The notes: generated by a model not told the origin, from the letters alone. A DNA stretch of 63,535 nt, filler included, from Octopus bimaculoides (GCF_001194135.2; 8 parts of 7 records of this genome joined end to end with filler, not necessarily neighbours in it); one strand, 5' to 3'. Counted from the first letter of the whole stretch, positions 1 to 12,893 are shown. A program made the numbers and translations.

Positions 1-484
1 AAGACGTCTATCCGAAAGGGAGCACGTGTAGAGTTCTACAAATTACATTCAGTGTATCCTTTCAAATGTCTTCAATCTGGCTAGCTAAGTCCGGAAATAA
101 TTCTGCGGTTAATAAATTTTTGCAGCTAATTTACCGGTTTGAGACCATCATTATTTAAAATTTATTAATGAGGGTAGAAATTGATATTAATCAATTAAAA
201 CCAGTGGTCTAACATATTAAAAATATCCGAAGATTACTGATAACGTTGAGTGTTGCTTGTCTAACAGTTTATACCATTCTCCTATACTATTTCTCACTAC
301 CATTACTCTATATCATTCCTGAATGTCACCTCTATGGTATTTGGCACTCTTATCCTAGAGATTATTGGGAAAATATTTCTAAATGTGTGAAGATATGCTT
401 TATGAAGTAATTATCATCTTATGAATCTCTATGAGTTGTTTTATGGACTGTGTTTTGATAGTATTCTTTACTTACGCACGCACG

Positions 485-556
<72 letters not shown>

Positions 557-627
557 NNNNNNNNNNNNNNNNNNNNNNNNNNNNNNNNNNNNNNNNNNNN
601 NNNNNNNNNNNNNNNNNNTATAATTAA

Positions 628-840
628 GGCAGCGAGCTGGCTGAAACCTTTGCACGTCGGGCGAAAAGCTTAGCGGTATTTCGTCTGTCTTTACATTCTG
701 AGTTCAAATTCCACCGGGTCAACTTTGTCTTTTATCCTTTCAGGGACAATAAATTAAGTTCCAATTGAGTACTGGAGTCGATCTAATCGACTGGCCCCCT
801 TTCCAAAAATTTCGGGACTTGTCCCTAGAATAAAAAAGAA
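628..840 (+). mobile_element. SINE family S1 (tRNA-like head, GTTCTGAGTTCAAATTCC B-box-like motif, CTTTCATCCTTTC...GATAAA...AGTACC core)
   Basis: Near-full copy; the same motif string recurs more than 10 times in the window in both orientations. Confidence 0.85.
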
Positions 841-854
841 TATATATATAATAA

Positions 855-1157
855 TTGTCTGGAACTCCGTCCTTACAACCACGCGGGATCTATTTGATCC
901 GATCTACGAAACAAGCTGCTCGTGTAATTAATGTGCAAGTCGCTGAGAACTCTACAGACTCGTGTACCTGTAATTTAGTTCTCAGGGATATTCAGCATGA
1001 CCTAAAATGCGATAAGGCTGGATTTTTGAAATACAGGTAATAATCATTTTTGTTAGCTGACTGAACTAGAGCAATGAGAAATAAAATGTTTTACTCAAAG
1101 ACACAACATCGTGCCAGGAATCGAATTCACAACCTTACGGTCGTGAGCCGAATGCCC
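855..1157 (-). mobile_element. tRNA-derived SINE, CORE-like head plus S3-type tail
   Basis: Reverse complement has a tRNA-like head (GAATTCGATTCCTGG), then GTTGTGTCTTTGAGTAAAACA; its tail matches the 3' half of 29806-30186. Confidence 0.7.
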
Positions 1158-1682
1158 GAGGAAAGAAGTTAAATTCACGTTACAATTGTTTCCGTAAACG
1201 GATGATATCATTTATTGTTATGTCTCAAGCTACTGCTATCTAGCACCTTCGGATGATCGCTACTCAACCGCTACAAAACTGCTACTCAACACTCCTACCA
1301 CGGCCAGACTACCTCTCTATCTATATGTCTTGGGAGATCCCACTTCTTCGCCTGGGGCGTCGACACAACATTTATAATGTTATGCAATTCATACAATGTT
1401 CTGTAATGCGCACCGTAATATATGGAAATATGTAATAATATTCGTATAGTCCATTCACTTCTTCGGATCTCATGATTTGTAAATACTGCAAACTGCAATG
1501 AAAGCGACTAGAAAATGAATGAAAGAGCCAACACCATATCAAGGCTATTTCAGCAATATATTTTGTTTACATATTCCAAATTAATAGATTCATACACTAT
1601 GTGAAGCAAAATATGACTATCACTTCTTGCATACTTTCAAGTTCGTACTACACATAATACTTTGAGACAATTTCGTAAGTCG

Positions 1683-2132
1683 TAGGTATGAACGTGTGGT
1701 TAAGAAGCTCGCTTTGCAACAATATTATTTCGGGTTCTGTCCCACTGCGCGGCACGTAGCACTTTTACTATGTCTCTGGGAGACAAATACCTTGTGAGTG
1801 AATTTGGTAGATGGAACTTGTATAGAAGACCATCGAGAATATCTATCAATTTATCTATCTATCTATCTATCTATCTATCTGTCTGTCTGTCTGTAGGTCT
1901 ATCTATATATATGCGTGTGCATGCTTCTTTGCGTTTGCGTTTCTCTCTTCACCGCTTGACAACTGGTGTTGGTTTGTTTACGTTACTGTTAGTAGTTCGA
2001 CAAAAAGGGTCTGATAGAATAAGTACCAGATTTTTAAAGTATGTACTGGAGTCCATTTGCTCGACTAAACCCTTTAAGGCGGTGCTCCAGCACGGCTATT
2101 TTCCAACGACTGAACCAAGTAAAATGCAAACA
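1683..2132 (+). mobile_element. SINE family S2 (tRNA-like head, internal microsatellite, CTTGACAACTGGTGTTGG...GATAGAATAAGTACC...GGTGCTCCAGCA tail)
   Basis: Colinear with 44833-45225 and with partial copies elsewhere in the window. Confidence 0.8.
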
Positions 2133-2831
2133 GTATCTATACGAGTCGCCGTGCAATTTACGTACAATAGCTGCAACTACAATCGAAACCACTAACCCCT
2201 GATTTCGCTTTCAAACAAAATGTTTGTATGAATTATTTCCCTTCTCATTCGTATTTTTAAATTCGCTGTTTTACTTTCGATAAAGAAATTCCTTTATTAC
2301 ATAATACGAAGTTCATGAGTCCGTATATTTAACCATGATAAACCGTATAGCATTGGTATGCCATGCGGATAAAGGCAGCTTACATTACATATTCCGGTAG
2401 ATTCAAGGATTAAAATAAGCGATCCTTTCATGTATTTCTATTACTTCTGCTTCAGGGAAGTTCGTAAAGTATTATTTTGCGTTCAAGTTACAGATGTTGA
2501 TAATTACGCTGGCTTCTAAAGAATTGCTGATAACCTGTCCTCAAGAGAAGTCAAGGAAAGTGTAGAACAAATAAAACAGATTTTTGGAACGCTATTATTT
2601 TAAACGGGCTTTAAAGAACTCATTCGAGGATATAAAACGCCTGCACACCTATAATGTATGTATGTATGTATGTATGTATGTATGTATGTATGCATGTATG
2701 TATGTACGTATGTGTGTGTGTATGTGTGTGTATGTATGTAACGTATGAATATATGTATGTGTATATGTATGTACGTATGCATGTGAGAGTGTGTGTTGAA
2801 TGGCTCAGAGTAGATGATTCGCACATATATA

Positions 2832-2894
<63 letters not shown>

Positions 2895-3061
2895 NNNNNN
2901 NNNNCACACTCACACACACACATACACACACACATACAAGCACACACACACACACACACACACACACCCACACACAGACACACACAGAAAACATTCGCTT
3001 ACACATATTAATGAAGCCTTATACTAGATGTCTAATTAAGAAATATATTATTTTCAAATTT

Positions 3062-3385
3062 TAGCACAAGTCCAGCTAGTCAGGGAGAGAGTGTAATTCG
3101 ATTGCATCGAATAGGTACCACATCAACTGGTACCTATTCTATCGACCGCTTTCACCACATATTTGAGGCTTAGTGTCTTCCGCGGTCTTTAAATTAAGCT
3201 AAATTATGAACTAGGGTAGAAATAACCACATATACTCGTCCACAATCAATTGTAAGTCCCTATGTAGTTTTGCTTTGGTGGCAAAGTCCATTTCGGCGGA
3301 ATTTGAACTCAGAACGTAGCGACAGATGAAATATTGCAAAGCATTTTGCCGGAAGTGCTAACGATTCTGTCAGCTCTCCTCCTCA
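3062..3385 (-). mobile_element. SINE S1 interrupted by a ~130-bp insertion
   Basis: S1 3' part at 3062-3152 and 5' part at 3282-3385 flank the insert at 3153-3281. Confidence 0.7.
3153..3281. mobile_element. ~130-bp MITE-like repeat, copy 1
   Basis: Homologous to 4835-4959; short inverted ends CACCAC...TGGTGG. Confidence 0.45.
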
Positions 3386-3389
3386 ATTA

Positions 3390-3610
3390 AGAAATGTATT
3401 GGTTACAAATTCTGGCAAAAAAGCCAACAAGTTCGGGGAGGGTAAAATCAATTACATTGACCCCTGCGATCAACTGATCCTTATTTTATCGATTGTGAAT
3501 GGATGAAAGACAAAGTTGACCTCGGCAGAATTTGAACTCAGAACGTGAAGACGGACGAAATACCGCTAGGCCTAATCGTGCCAACGATTCGGCCAGCTTC
3601 CTGCCTTAAT
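3390..3610 (-). mobile_element. SINE S1
   Basis: GGATGAAAGACAAAGTTGACCTCGGCAGAATTTGAACTCAGAAC is the reverse complement of the S1 core. Confidence 0.85.
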
Positions 3611-4112
3611 TAAGAACTGTTTAATTTATGTGACGTCCTAAGTGACATTTTATAATGCAATTAGCATCAAGAATACTATAAGAGAAAATGAGTGTGTGTG
3701 TATGTGTGTGTGCGCGTGTGTACGTGTATCAGTGTATGTGTGTGTGCGAATGTGTGCGGTGTGTGCGTATTTGTGTTCGTCTGTATATATGTATATATAT
3801 ATATATATAGATATATACATATATAACACATAAGCACGCGCACACACACATGCACACGCACACTCTCCCACTGTCTTACTATCTCTCCCTCTTACATTAC
3901 TCTTGCATTGAAATTTCTCTCCTCCTGCTTTTCTCCCACAAAGACTTTTATGCTCATACACACTATCATACACATACACTCACATACACATACACGCACA
4001 CACACACACATCCATAAACTTTCTCGTACATGCAAATATTTCCTTTCTCCTTTTCTTCCGTCACAAATGCCTGTTTGCATAGACACACACACACACACAC
4101 ATACATACAATC

Positions 4113-4340
4113 TTTCTCTCTCTCTCCTCTTTCTCTCTCTCTCCTCTTTCTCTCTCTCTCCTCTTTCTCTCTCTCTCCTCTTTCTCTCTCTCTCCTCTTT
4201 CTCTCTCTCTCCTCTTTCTCTCTCTCTCCTCTTTCTCTCTCTCTCCTCTTTCTCTCTCTCTCCTCTTTCTCTCTCTCTCCTCTTTCTCTCTCTCTCCTCT
4301 TTCTCTCTCTCTCCTCTTTCTCTCTCTCTCCTCTTTCTCT
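4113..4340. repeat. 17-bp minisatellite (TTTCTCTCTCTCTCCTC), about 13 copies
   Basis: TTT recurs at 4113, 4130, 4147 and onward; this explains the RERERGEREKEE ORFs. Confidence 0.95.
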
Positions 4341-4834
4341 CTGTGTATCTCTTCTCTTACACAAACCCATTTACAAACTGACACACTCTCTCTCACACAC
4401 ACATACACAAATGTTTATTACAAGACAATATGTATATCTGAGATCTGATTTTAGTATAAGAAAAAAATCGATTCTAGCTGGAAATAACTTATTCGTACTA
4501 GGCTAATAGTTTCAATATGTGTTTATATGCATTATAAAACACAAGCATAGCCAATATAGCGAGAGACATCTCAGCAGCTGACAAAGTCTCTTGTAGCCTA
4601 TACTATTGTCACGATGTTAATCCGGTTGTCCTTCCAATATTTCTCTATGGTTTATGGTCCGTCAGTAAAGCGACGTACAAAATGCATTGCGTTATTTTAT
4701 TGCAATACTTTTAAGTTCAAAGTTCAAATTTTGCCATGGTCGGCGTTACTATTCATCATTGAGAAATCGATAAAATAAGGACCAGTCAAATGTTGGGGTC
4801 AATATAAGTGACCCTTATTTATTCATTCCTCCCC

Positions 4835-4959
4835 CACCACATATTTGCGGTTTAGTGTGTTCCAGTGTCTTTAAATTGAGCTGAATTATGGATTAAGTTA
4901 AAATAACCATATATACTCGCCCCCAAATGCAACTCCTTATGTGATTTTGTTTTGGTGGG
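4835..4959. mobile_element. ~130-bp MITE-like repeat, copy 2
   Basis: Homologous to 3153-3281; sits at the 3' end of a decayed S1 copy (about 4700-4830). Confidence 0.45.
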
Positions 4960-5384
4960 AGGCCGATAGATTAACTTATAGGGTGAATATAATTGTCCTC
5001 TCCACACTGAGTTTGAGCTCCTGTATCTATGTTAGATCAATATTTCTATTGAAAGATTAAGTATTCTACTCTCATTTTAACCCCCAACACAGTAAGGTAG
5101 CTAAAACCTTTTCAGTTTTTTTTTAAAGGATGGGTTAATTTTAGATGAGTCTGGGTGGATGGGGTAATAAAATACCTTTAAATCCTAATTCAACAATGCA
5201 GATATTTTATTAAAGGGTTATGGCAATTAACATGTGTCTTTGTATGGGTGTGAGGATTCTGATGTTCCTTATAATTGTATAAGTATATCTGTGGACAATT
5301 GAAACTTTTGGGATTGACTTTTGTTCTGGTTCTTTGTTCTTTTTCTTCTTTTATTATTTCCTTATTCTTTTATTTATTTGAGGA

Positions 5385-5500
5385 TGCGTGGGACTAGTGG
5401 CTAGGGTGTTGTACTCACGATGACGAGATCGTGGTTTCTATTCCTGGTCAGTTGTGTTCTTGAGTAGATCACTTCATGTCACGTTTTCCTGCGATCATTT
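5385..5500 (+). mobile_element. SINE 5' fragment (tRNA-like head plus CORE-like GTTGTGTTCTTGAG)
   Basis: Same head as 855-1157 (-) and 23148-23380 (+). Confidence 0.55.
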
Positions 5501-5690
5501 CAACATCTGACATATGACACACCGTTCAATCAGTGCTGAATTTATTCTGAGAAAAAAACCGAGATGCAATTCGAAATACCCGCCACTTATATAGGCAAAT
5601 AGCGATGAACAGTCTTCTATGTACTATATTGGATACACGGTGTTCGTTTGGTATGTTGTTTCTCTGTTTACTGCTATTTTTCTTGACCAT

Positions 5691-5751
5691 ATTATACTGA
5701 CGAGTAGAGGTTGTATAATACTACAATAACTACGAAATCATGATCTATAAT
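5691..5751 (+). ncRNA. Minimal type-I hammerhead ribozyme, intact
   Basis: Stem I ATTATA(5691-96)/TATAAT(5746-51); core CTGACGA 5697-5703; stem II GTAG/CTAC with inner TTGTA/TACAA; GAAA 5734-37; palindromic stem III A-TCATGA-T; AUC triplet, predicted cleavage after 5745. Confidence 0.85.
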
Positions 5752-6152
5752 TCAGTCTGTTTTTAAGGAGTTGGCTTTGAGAGTTGCATTTCCTCGCGTT
5801 CGGTAAAAATGTGTTTTTTTATGGTAGTCTGACCTTAGAGTCCCTCATAGCGTCAATCATTATTGTATAGTAATGCCCTTATATAAATNNNNNNNNNNNN
5901 NNNNNNNNNNNNNNNNNNNNNNNNNNNNNNNNNNNNNNNNNNNNNNNNNNNNNNNNNNNNNNNNNNNNNNNNNNNNNNNNNNNNNNNNNNNNNNNNNNNN
6001 NNNNNNNNNNNNNNNNNNNNNNNNNNNNNNNNNNNNNNNNNNNNNNNNNNNNNNNNNNNNNNNNNNNNNNNNNNNNNNNNNNNNNNNNNNNNNNNNNNNN
6101 NNNNNNNNNNNNNNNNNNNNNNNNNNNNNNNNNNNNNNNNNNNNNNNNNNNN

Positions 6153-6655
6153 CACAGCTTCCGTCCTGGAGTTAAGGTAGCCTCCTGGCTCATGTGAGTT
6201 CATGAGAATTATAAATCTTTTTGTTAAAGATAATTTACACAGTCTTGTTCCATTACGACAGGGGTCCACAAGTTTCCAATAATTTCCACCTGATGTTAAA
6301 GGGCGTATGATTGTCCTTTAGGCGCCATACATATGCTGCAAGTGTTGTTGTGTTGCGTCTCTGTGAGACCCTGAAAGAAGATCTGTGGTTGTTCAGGCGA
6401 ATTTTAAATCTGGATTCACAAGATCCGACATAAATTTTAGTTTGTGTCCCTGTGTTGGCATTGATGTTATCGATATTTGTGCTGCTTCTGTTTGAGGCTA
6501 CCTTTCCTTGGTACACTGTAGCCTGGGTATTACTGGGCTACTGGGCATTCATTCTTAATCTTGCATGAACAACCTGCCTCTGTCCATGGCTTAGGAATGC
6601 TAAGTAACATTTTCTTAACATTGGGTGCACAACTGAAAGAGATTCTTAAATTATT
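6153..6655 (-). mobile_element. Penelope-like element 3' fragment (linker, CxC/CP motif, GIY-YIG endonuclease), frameshifted
   Basis: Minus-strand translation NNLRISFSCAPNV...CSCKIKNECP...YQGKV...KIYVGSCESRFKIRLNNHRSSF...TTLAAYVWRLK...FNIRWKLLETC, then RLCKL..TKRFI...YLNSRTE. This is the typical PLE endonuclease C-terminus. Confidence 0.85.
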
Positions 6656-6657
6656 CC

Positions 6658-6838
6658 ATTGCTTGACAACTGATGCTCGTGTGTTTATGCTTCAGTAACT
6701 TAGCGGTTCGGCAAAAGCAACTGATAGAATAAGCACTAAGCTTACAAAGAATAAGTTCTGGGGTTGATTTGTTCGATAAAACCCTTTAAGGTGGTGCTCC
6801 AGCATGGCCACCGTCAAATGACTAAAACATGTAAAAAC
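6658..6838 (+). mobile_element. SINE S2, 3' half
   Basis: TTGACAACTGATG...GATAGAATAAGCAC...GGTGCTCCAGCATGGCC; truncates the PLE fragment. Confidence 0.8.
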
Positions 6839-7398
6839 ATACTGATATATTCATTCATGTAATAACGTCTAACGATTTCTTCCTTGAAAATAACTGATTT
6901 ACGGAAAAAAGCTGTTTTCCTGGAGCTTCAACATGAAATCGTTTTACACGATATTGTCGTAATCATATTTTCCCCATTATTTCTGCATTTATTCGTTACA
7001 AAGCAGAAGAGTCGTTTATAAACACGCCTAAACACCCCAACCTTACTTTCTCGAGTCTTCACAGAGTCATCAGAAATAGGCGGGTGACTCATTCTCTCAG
7101 TATCCAATCAAATCTTAGCGTCAAATTGAAATGCTTCTCCCTTTCTTTTGAACACAATTTTTTCAGACTTTTGTTCGTATTTGCCTTGTAATTCACTTTT
7201 GCAGACTGTTCTTTTGCAATTTCCATACGAATATACATACATACATACATACATACGTACATACATACGTACATACATACATACATACATACATGCATAT
7301 ATATATATATACATGCATACATGCATACATGCATGCATATATACATACATACGTACATACATACGTACGTACATGTATATATAAGATATATAAATTAT

Positions 7399-7444
<46 letters not shown>

Positions 7445-9799
7445 GCGCGTGTTAATGAAATAAATTGTTTTGAACGGTGAAGATGTATGTAGATAAAGAT
7501 ACAAATAATAGCAAATAGAATATTAGAATAAAAATCCCCTGGATAAACTATTCCAAGGCGTAAACGACACGCACACGCACGCATACACAAACACACGTAC
7601 GCACACACATACATACACGCAAACGCACATACACACATACACAAAGACACACGCACGCACACACACGCATACACATACACACATGTATGTGCATGTATGT
7701 ATGTGTATGTATAGGTGCGTGTGTGTATAGTACTTACACATGCTATTGCCGAAAGGAGTTAAAATTCAAAGATTATCGATGCGCGCCCCCTGCAAAATAG
7801 GGTTTTTTTCTACACAATAAGTTTATCGGCGCAGTGCAGACAATCTCAGAGATGCAATGGTAACGCTAAAGGCCATAAAAATTACAAACACTATTTCAAC
7901 TTACGGAGCTTCAAATTTCCATGACTTTATAGTATGGTGGCCATAATAATAATAATAATACTTTTGGCACAAGGTTAGAAATTTCGGGGGAGGGGCTAAT
8001 TCGATTAGATCAACCCTAGTGCTCACCTGATTTCTATCTTATCTCTCAATTTGAGTATCTGTCTTCGCAACGCACCCTAACTGTTCTTACAAAAGGAACA
8101 ACCAAAACAGCGATCTTAATGTAGCAGTTACGTTTCAGCTGTTGTTGCTACCACCGTCAAAATTGTAACGGCCTCGTTGTGATTGCACTGTTCTTGCTAA
8201 ATATTTCGAATTATGAACTAATGTTTTGGAAGTCTGTCTTAGTGAGTTTGAAGAGAGATATCACTCGATCATTCTCTTACTTTGATATTTTCTTTTCTTC
8301 ATCACGCGACGTCTTTTGGAATTATTTAGTTCCCTATACAAGTCATTTAGAAGGACCATTCCATTCTGCTGAGGGTCGCTTCCACACGAAAATATAGAAC
8401 AACAATATACATGAGCAAAACTTAAATTTTCTTCGTGTATATTTCTTTCCAAACACTCCGGGCTGAGAGAAATACGATGTGCAATAAGAAAAACAATCAA
8501 CACAACAATAGCAAAAAATTCCTAATACAGAAAAACAACTCTATTGTTTATGTTTTATTTTTATAGGTCTATGTTAGTGAGAAACATCAAAAATTTATTT
8601 GGAATTTCGTATATAATTACTTAGGTTAACCTTAAGAACTCTATTTTCTAAACATAACAATATCTATAATATTAATAGAAAGAATAGTTTAATACTTGTA
8701 TGCTTTGTTTCAAATTATGTATCTAAGCCTCAGGTCTAATTGTTATAAAATTATAAAATAACATTGAACTGCGATTGAGGTTTTATAACAATACAGTTTA
8801 ATATAATCGTTTCTAAAAGACTGTCAACAAAAGCTGATCAAAAGACAACAAATCGAGCCAAAGAAGGCACCTCTACATGGTCGTTTAGTTTTCCAGATGT
8901 AGCAACAAAATATACTTCAAATAACTCAAAACTATTATAAAAATATAAGTAGACATTGAACAATGCAAACTTGTATAACATTCAATGTTTGAAAGTAAGG
9001 CAGGATAGTCACGGCTGGAATATTTTCGATCATAAGTCTGCTTACTCGAGGTTGACCAGGAGTTAAACAGCAGCAGCAAAAACAACAAAACTATAGCCAC
9101 AAGAAGAACTACTGAAATACGAGTAGTGATTAGTATTACACAAAACTGAAATTAATTAGACATCTTTCTCCATACTTTGATGAATATGTCTTTTGATCCC
9201 ACATCTTCTAAACATGTCTTTATCCGTATTCTGGCATATATTTTATCGATATTAGCCTTGGTTATCAGAAGATTGATTAAACTTTGCTGGAATACAGATG
9301 ACAAATAATGAAGCAGAAAAAATATTTTTATGCTCTGATTCATCTTAGTTTTTTTCTCCATATTTCTTTACGATAAAAAATTTCAAATCAATATATTTCA
9401 AATGCAAAAAGTCTTCAAACTCAAATAGAACTTTGAACACGAATCGAAATTAAATCGAAAACCACAAAAAATAAAAAAACATGAATAGATGAGATACTTT
9501 ACAGAACAACCGCCGTTCGGATTATCATATTTAAAGTTACTTTTTTGATTGAAACCATTCAATACAACGTGAACCACTAGAACCATTCTGATTTCAATTT
9601 TGGATGGAAAGTTTGCAATTAATTTCGTTTCCTCTCATTCGATTACCTGTCATTGATTTCGATTTTCGAAACAACTCAATGCTATAGAGGGAAAACTTGC
9701 CACATACAGAGTTGAAAATCGGACGTTGTTATTCACAAACATTTCAATCTGCCATTAGAAGTGTAATAGAAGGGATTACACTTAGTCTAACATTGATTT

Positions 9800-10520
9800 A
9801 AAAAATAGCAATTAAAAGGAAAAACAGACCTGCTCTTCCACAGGATGTCCCAAAATCAAAGAACAGGGGCCTAATAATGGGGAAAAAAACAAAATTCTTC
9901 AAAGAAAATGGTTTGAATACACGAAAAAATTATATAACAAGAGAAAGGATGAGCATTTGCAGATAAAAAATAACTTTGACCCCCACCAAGTTTAATGTGT
10001 AGGTCAGATACTCAATGAAAAAAATTTAAAAAGTGAAAAGTAGTGGACCAGATAATACTCTTACAGAGATGATTGTAGTACTAAGGGACTATGACACGGA
10101 CAAAATCGCATACCTCCTCAATATTATCGACAAATCAGCAGAGATTCCGGAAGAAATATCTAAATCAATCTTTGTAGCATTCTCCCAAAATATCTGAAGC
10201 AAGAGAATATTAGCAGCGAAGAGGCATTAGCCACATTATGATCCACAATAGGAAAGTCTTGTTAAAAAATCTGATGTTCACATCCAGAAATAGGTCTGAG
10301 GTACCTGAAGTGTAATGTGAATTTGTTGAGAGCTAATTTCTATGTATATTCTGAGAAACGTTACCGAAACAGTAATGGAAGTACAAAAATATAAAAAAAA
10401 TTGTACTTATCTTTCGTTGAATACACAAGACCATTTGCTTTTGTAGGTAATGAAGAAATCATTAAAATGTATGAGATTCTTGAGTAAATGCAATGAGGGT
10501 ATAAATTGCCTTCAGATATC
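9800..10520 (+). mobile_element. Degenerate RTE-clade LINE reverse-transcriptase fragment
   Basis: Piecewise translation TCSSTGC.KSK...ILQRKW.EY.KKLY, then VGPDNTLTEMIVVL..YD.DKIAYLLNII.KS.EIPEEISKSIFVA, then LYLSFVEYTR.F; these are RTE pre-RT and RT motifs with stops and frameshifts. Confidence 0.7.
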
Positions 10521-11143
10521 AAAAGCTAAAACTTGTTACTACAGTCATATCTTTATGCTAAACCTTAATACATAGGAAAAGTTTTCAAATAGTGTATGAT
10601 TAATGGTTAAATAGAATTATCGCTGATTATGAATGGCGATGTTAGCAACCTGTTAGACACGCCGATGCCTTCAGTCTTTTGACATCATCTGCAACTCAGT
10701 GAACCTTGATTTAATATTCAGACTCGCAGATTATCGAACCATTCATGTAATAATGATACATTAATTCTCAATACAATGTAACATTATCTTACGTGGTTCA
10801 AGCGTAATCAATTCATTCCGATAAAAGAAATATGAGTTGACATTCTACACTTTTCTCCTTCCTTCTAAAACGCGATGATAATCGAACTCTTTGGTTATTC
10901 TTAATTGCCAAAGTTGAAGCGGGGTACAGAAATTCCGCTTTAACTCTTATCTCCTCCTACCTCTCCTCCTTCTCCTTTCTTTCTTTCGTCCTCCTCCTCC
11001 TCCGCCTCCTCCTCCGCCTCCTCCTCCGCCTCCTCTTCTAATGTTGACTTCGTCGTCGTTTGAAATATTTCAGAACGAAGTCGTGTATCATTTTGTGCGA
11101 GATAGGCTGTTGTTTACTAACTAGACACCTCCGCGCACTCGCG

Positions 11144-11185
<42 letters not shown>

Positions 11186-11729
11186 CGCACACACACACAC
11201 ACACAATCACAATCTGAAACAGTACCACGGATCGACTTTGACGAGAAATCTGACTGACAATTAGAGACATTGGTCACCGGATGAAAACTGGGACAGAATG
11301 CCTTTTCATAGGCTGAAACAAGAAGTTGGACTCTGTATGAAACAGTAATTTGAAATATGCGTACAATATCTTTTGAGATTTATATGCTCGGCATCAACCA
11401 CAGTTATGAGCTAATTGTCTTGGCGGTGGATTAAACCACGTGAGCAGAGGCAGGATTTGTGATATATCTCTTCAGATACTGGATCAACTCGAACAGAGGC
11501 AACACTGCATGAGCAATATAATCAATAATACACTCTTGCATTGGGCATGAACCAAGAATATGTACTACTTTTTTATATGAGTTATACAGTTAATATTTAT
11601 TCTTAACACGTCTATGCAGTTTTCATACGCAAAATATGCTTGTCACTGGAGTGTAGGTCATTAGAAGAACAACTTCTCCCCTTTAAGACGACATTGTGCC
11701 CAGCACACTCGGCTCATTGGCGCAGAGCA

Positions 11730-11775
11730 TTCTGCGACACCAGTGTTTCGACATGTTGTGTCTCGTCAGCCGGAA
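11730..11775 (-). ncRNA. Minimal hammerhead ribozyme, core intact, stem I partly mismatched
   Basis: Minus strand: TTCCGG CTGACGA GACA-CAACA-TGTC GAAA CACTGGTG TC GCAGAA; GUC triplet; stem I pairs at 4 of 6 positions. Confidence 0.65.
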
Positions 11776-11859
11776 ACAGCTGGAACAGTTATTATTATAA
11801 TTCCTTTAATGACGATAGATTGAAAGACACATTAGAGAATTAGACAAAATTGCCATGCG

Positions 11860-11990
11860 TTATTTAGTTACGACTCTGGATTCAAGTCGCTTTGAGGTCA
11901 ACTTCCATTTCTCAGGTGTTTTAAAAATGAGTACCAGTTAACTACTAGTGTTTATTATATAAACTGTATCCTCCTCCCAAAACTGAGTTC
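11860..11990 (+). mobile_element. Decayed SINE S1
   Basis: GACTCTGGATTCAAGT...GAGGTCAACTT...AAAATGAGTACCAGTT. Confidence 0.5.
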
Positions 11991-12848
11991 TTGTGTCTAT
12001 GTTAGAAATTAATATTATTAATTTTTTCAGCTAATGATTTGGGAGAGAGTCATACTAAATTGTTAATTCATTTTTACCCTCGTATTTCTATATAGGAACG
12101 AAAGCTTAGGTGGGATCGAATTTGCTTTACATCTCTGGTGGAGTAAAATAAAGTTACCAGTTATACATTAGAATTTATTCAGGTGTTTCGTCATGAGAAA
12201 TAGGTAAAAGAAATTATTTAATGAAATCAAACGTTTGAATGTAGCAGCAACTCCATCAGTTTTAACGAAGAAGTATGAGCTTAGTGTGTTTTTCTCCCAC
12301 CCCAAAAAATGAAAACAGCGGAAACACCAGTTTATTTCACTCTTCACTGCAAATGAATTCGTTGCAAGTTAGTTTCTATCTCGGATATTTTATAACAAAA
12401 ATTGCTTAGGTGTGAACCCAAGTCAACAGCCGCGAATAAAAAAATAACTGTAGTGGAGTCAGAGAAGAATTTAGAAAATCAAAAATATATCGAGTTATAA
12501 ACATGAACATTTAGAAATATAGGGAAGGGTTAGACAAAAAAAATTACAGTGGTGAGTTTGCTTGTACCAAGAAGCGTTAGAGTAGAAAAAATGTGAGTCG
12601 AAGCCGAGGTAAAATTTAAATGGTAAGCATTTCTTAATTTTAAAAATTGAATACCGTTCATTGTTTGCAATCTTACTAAATAATTGATGTGTTGCATACG
12701 GTAATGATTAGCATTAATTAGTATTGGAAGCTGTCTCTTGGAATGAAATGAAATTATTAGCCATCAAATTGATTAAAAAACTATAAATACATACATATAA
12801 GCACACAAACACACACACACACAAACACACGCACGCACACACACACAC

Positions 12849-12893
<45 letters not shown>

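Noticed and set aside
7025-7083. Minus-strand CTGATGA...GAAA hammerhead candidate
   Set aside because: No proper stem II closing pair or stem III, and the stem I pairing is offset.
8283-8400. Possible minus-strand exon (SDPQQNGMVLLNDLYRELNNSKRRR, GTAAG donor)
   Set aside because: No recognisable homology and no partner exons; RNA-seq would be needed.
8885-9600. Possible decayed LINE ORF1 on the minus strand (RRCGIKRHIHQ, knuckle-like)
   Set aside because: Many stops and only a weak zinc-knuckle resemblance.
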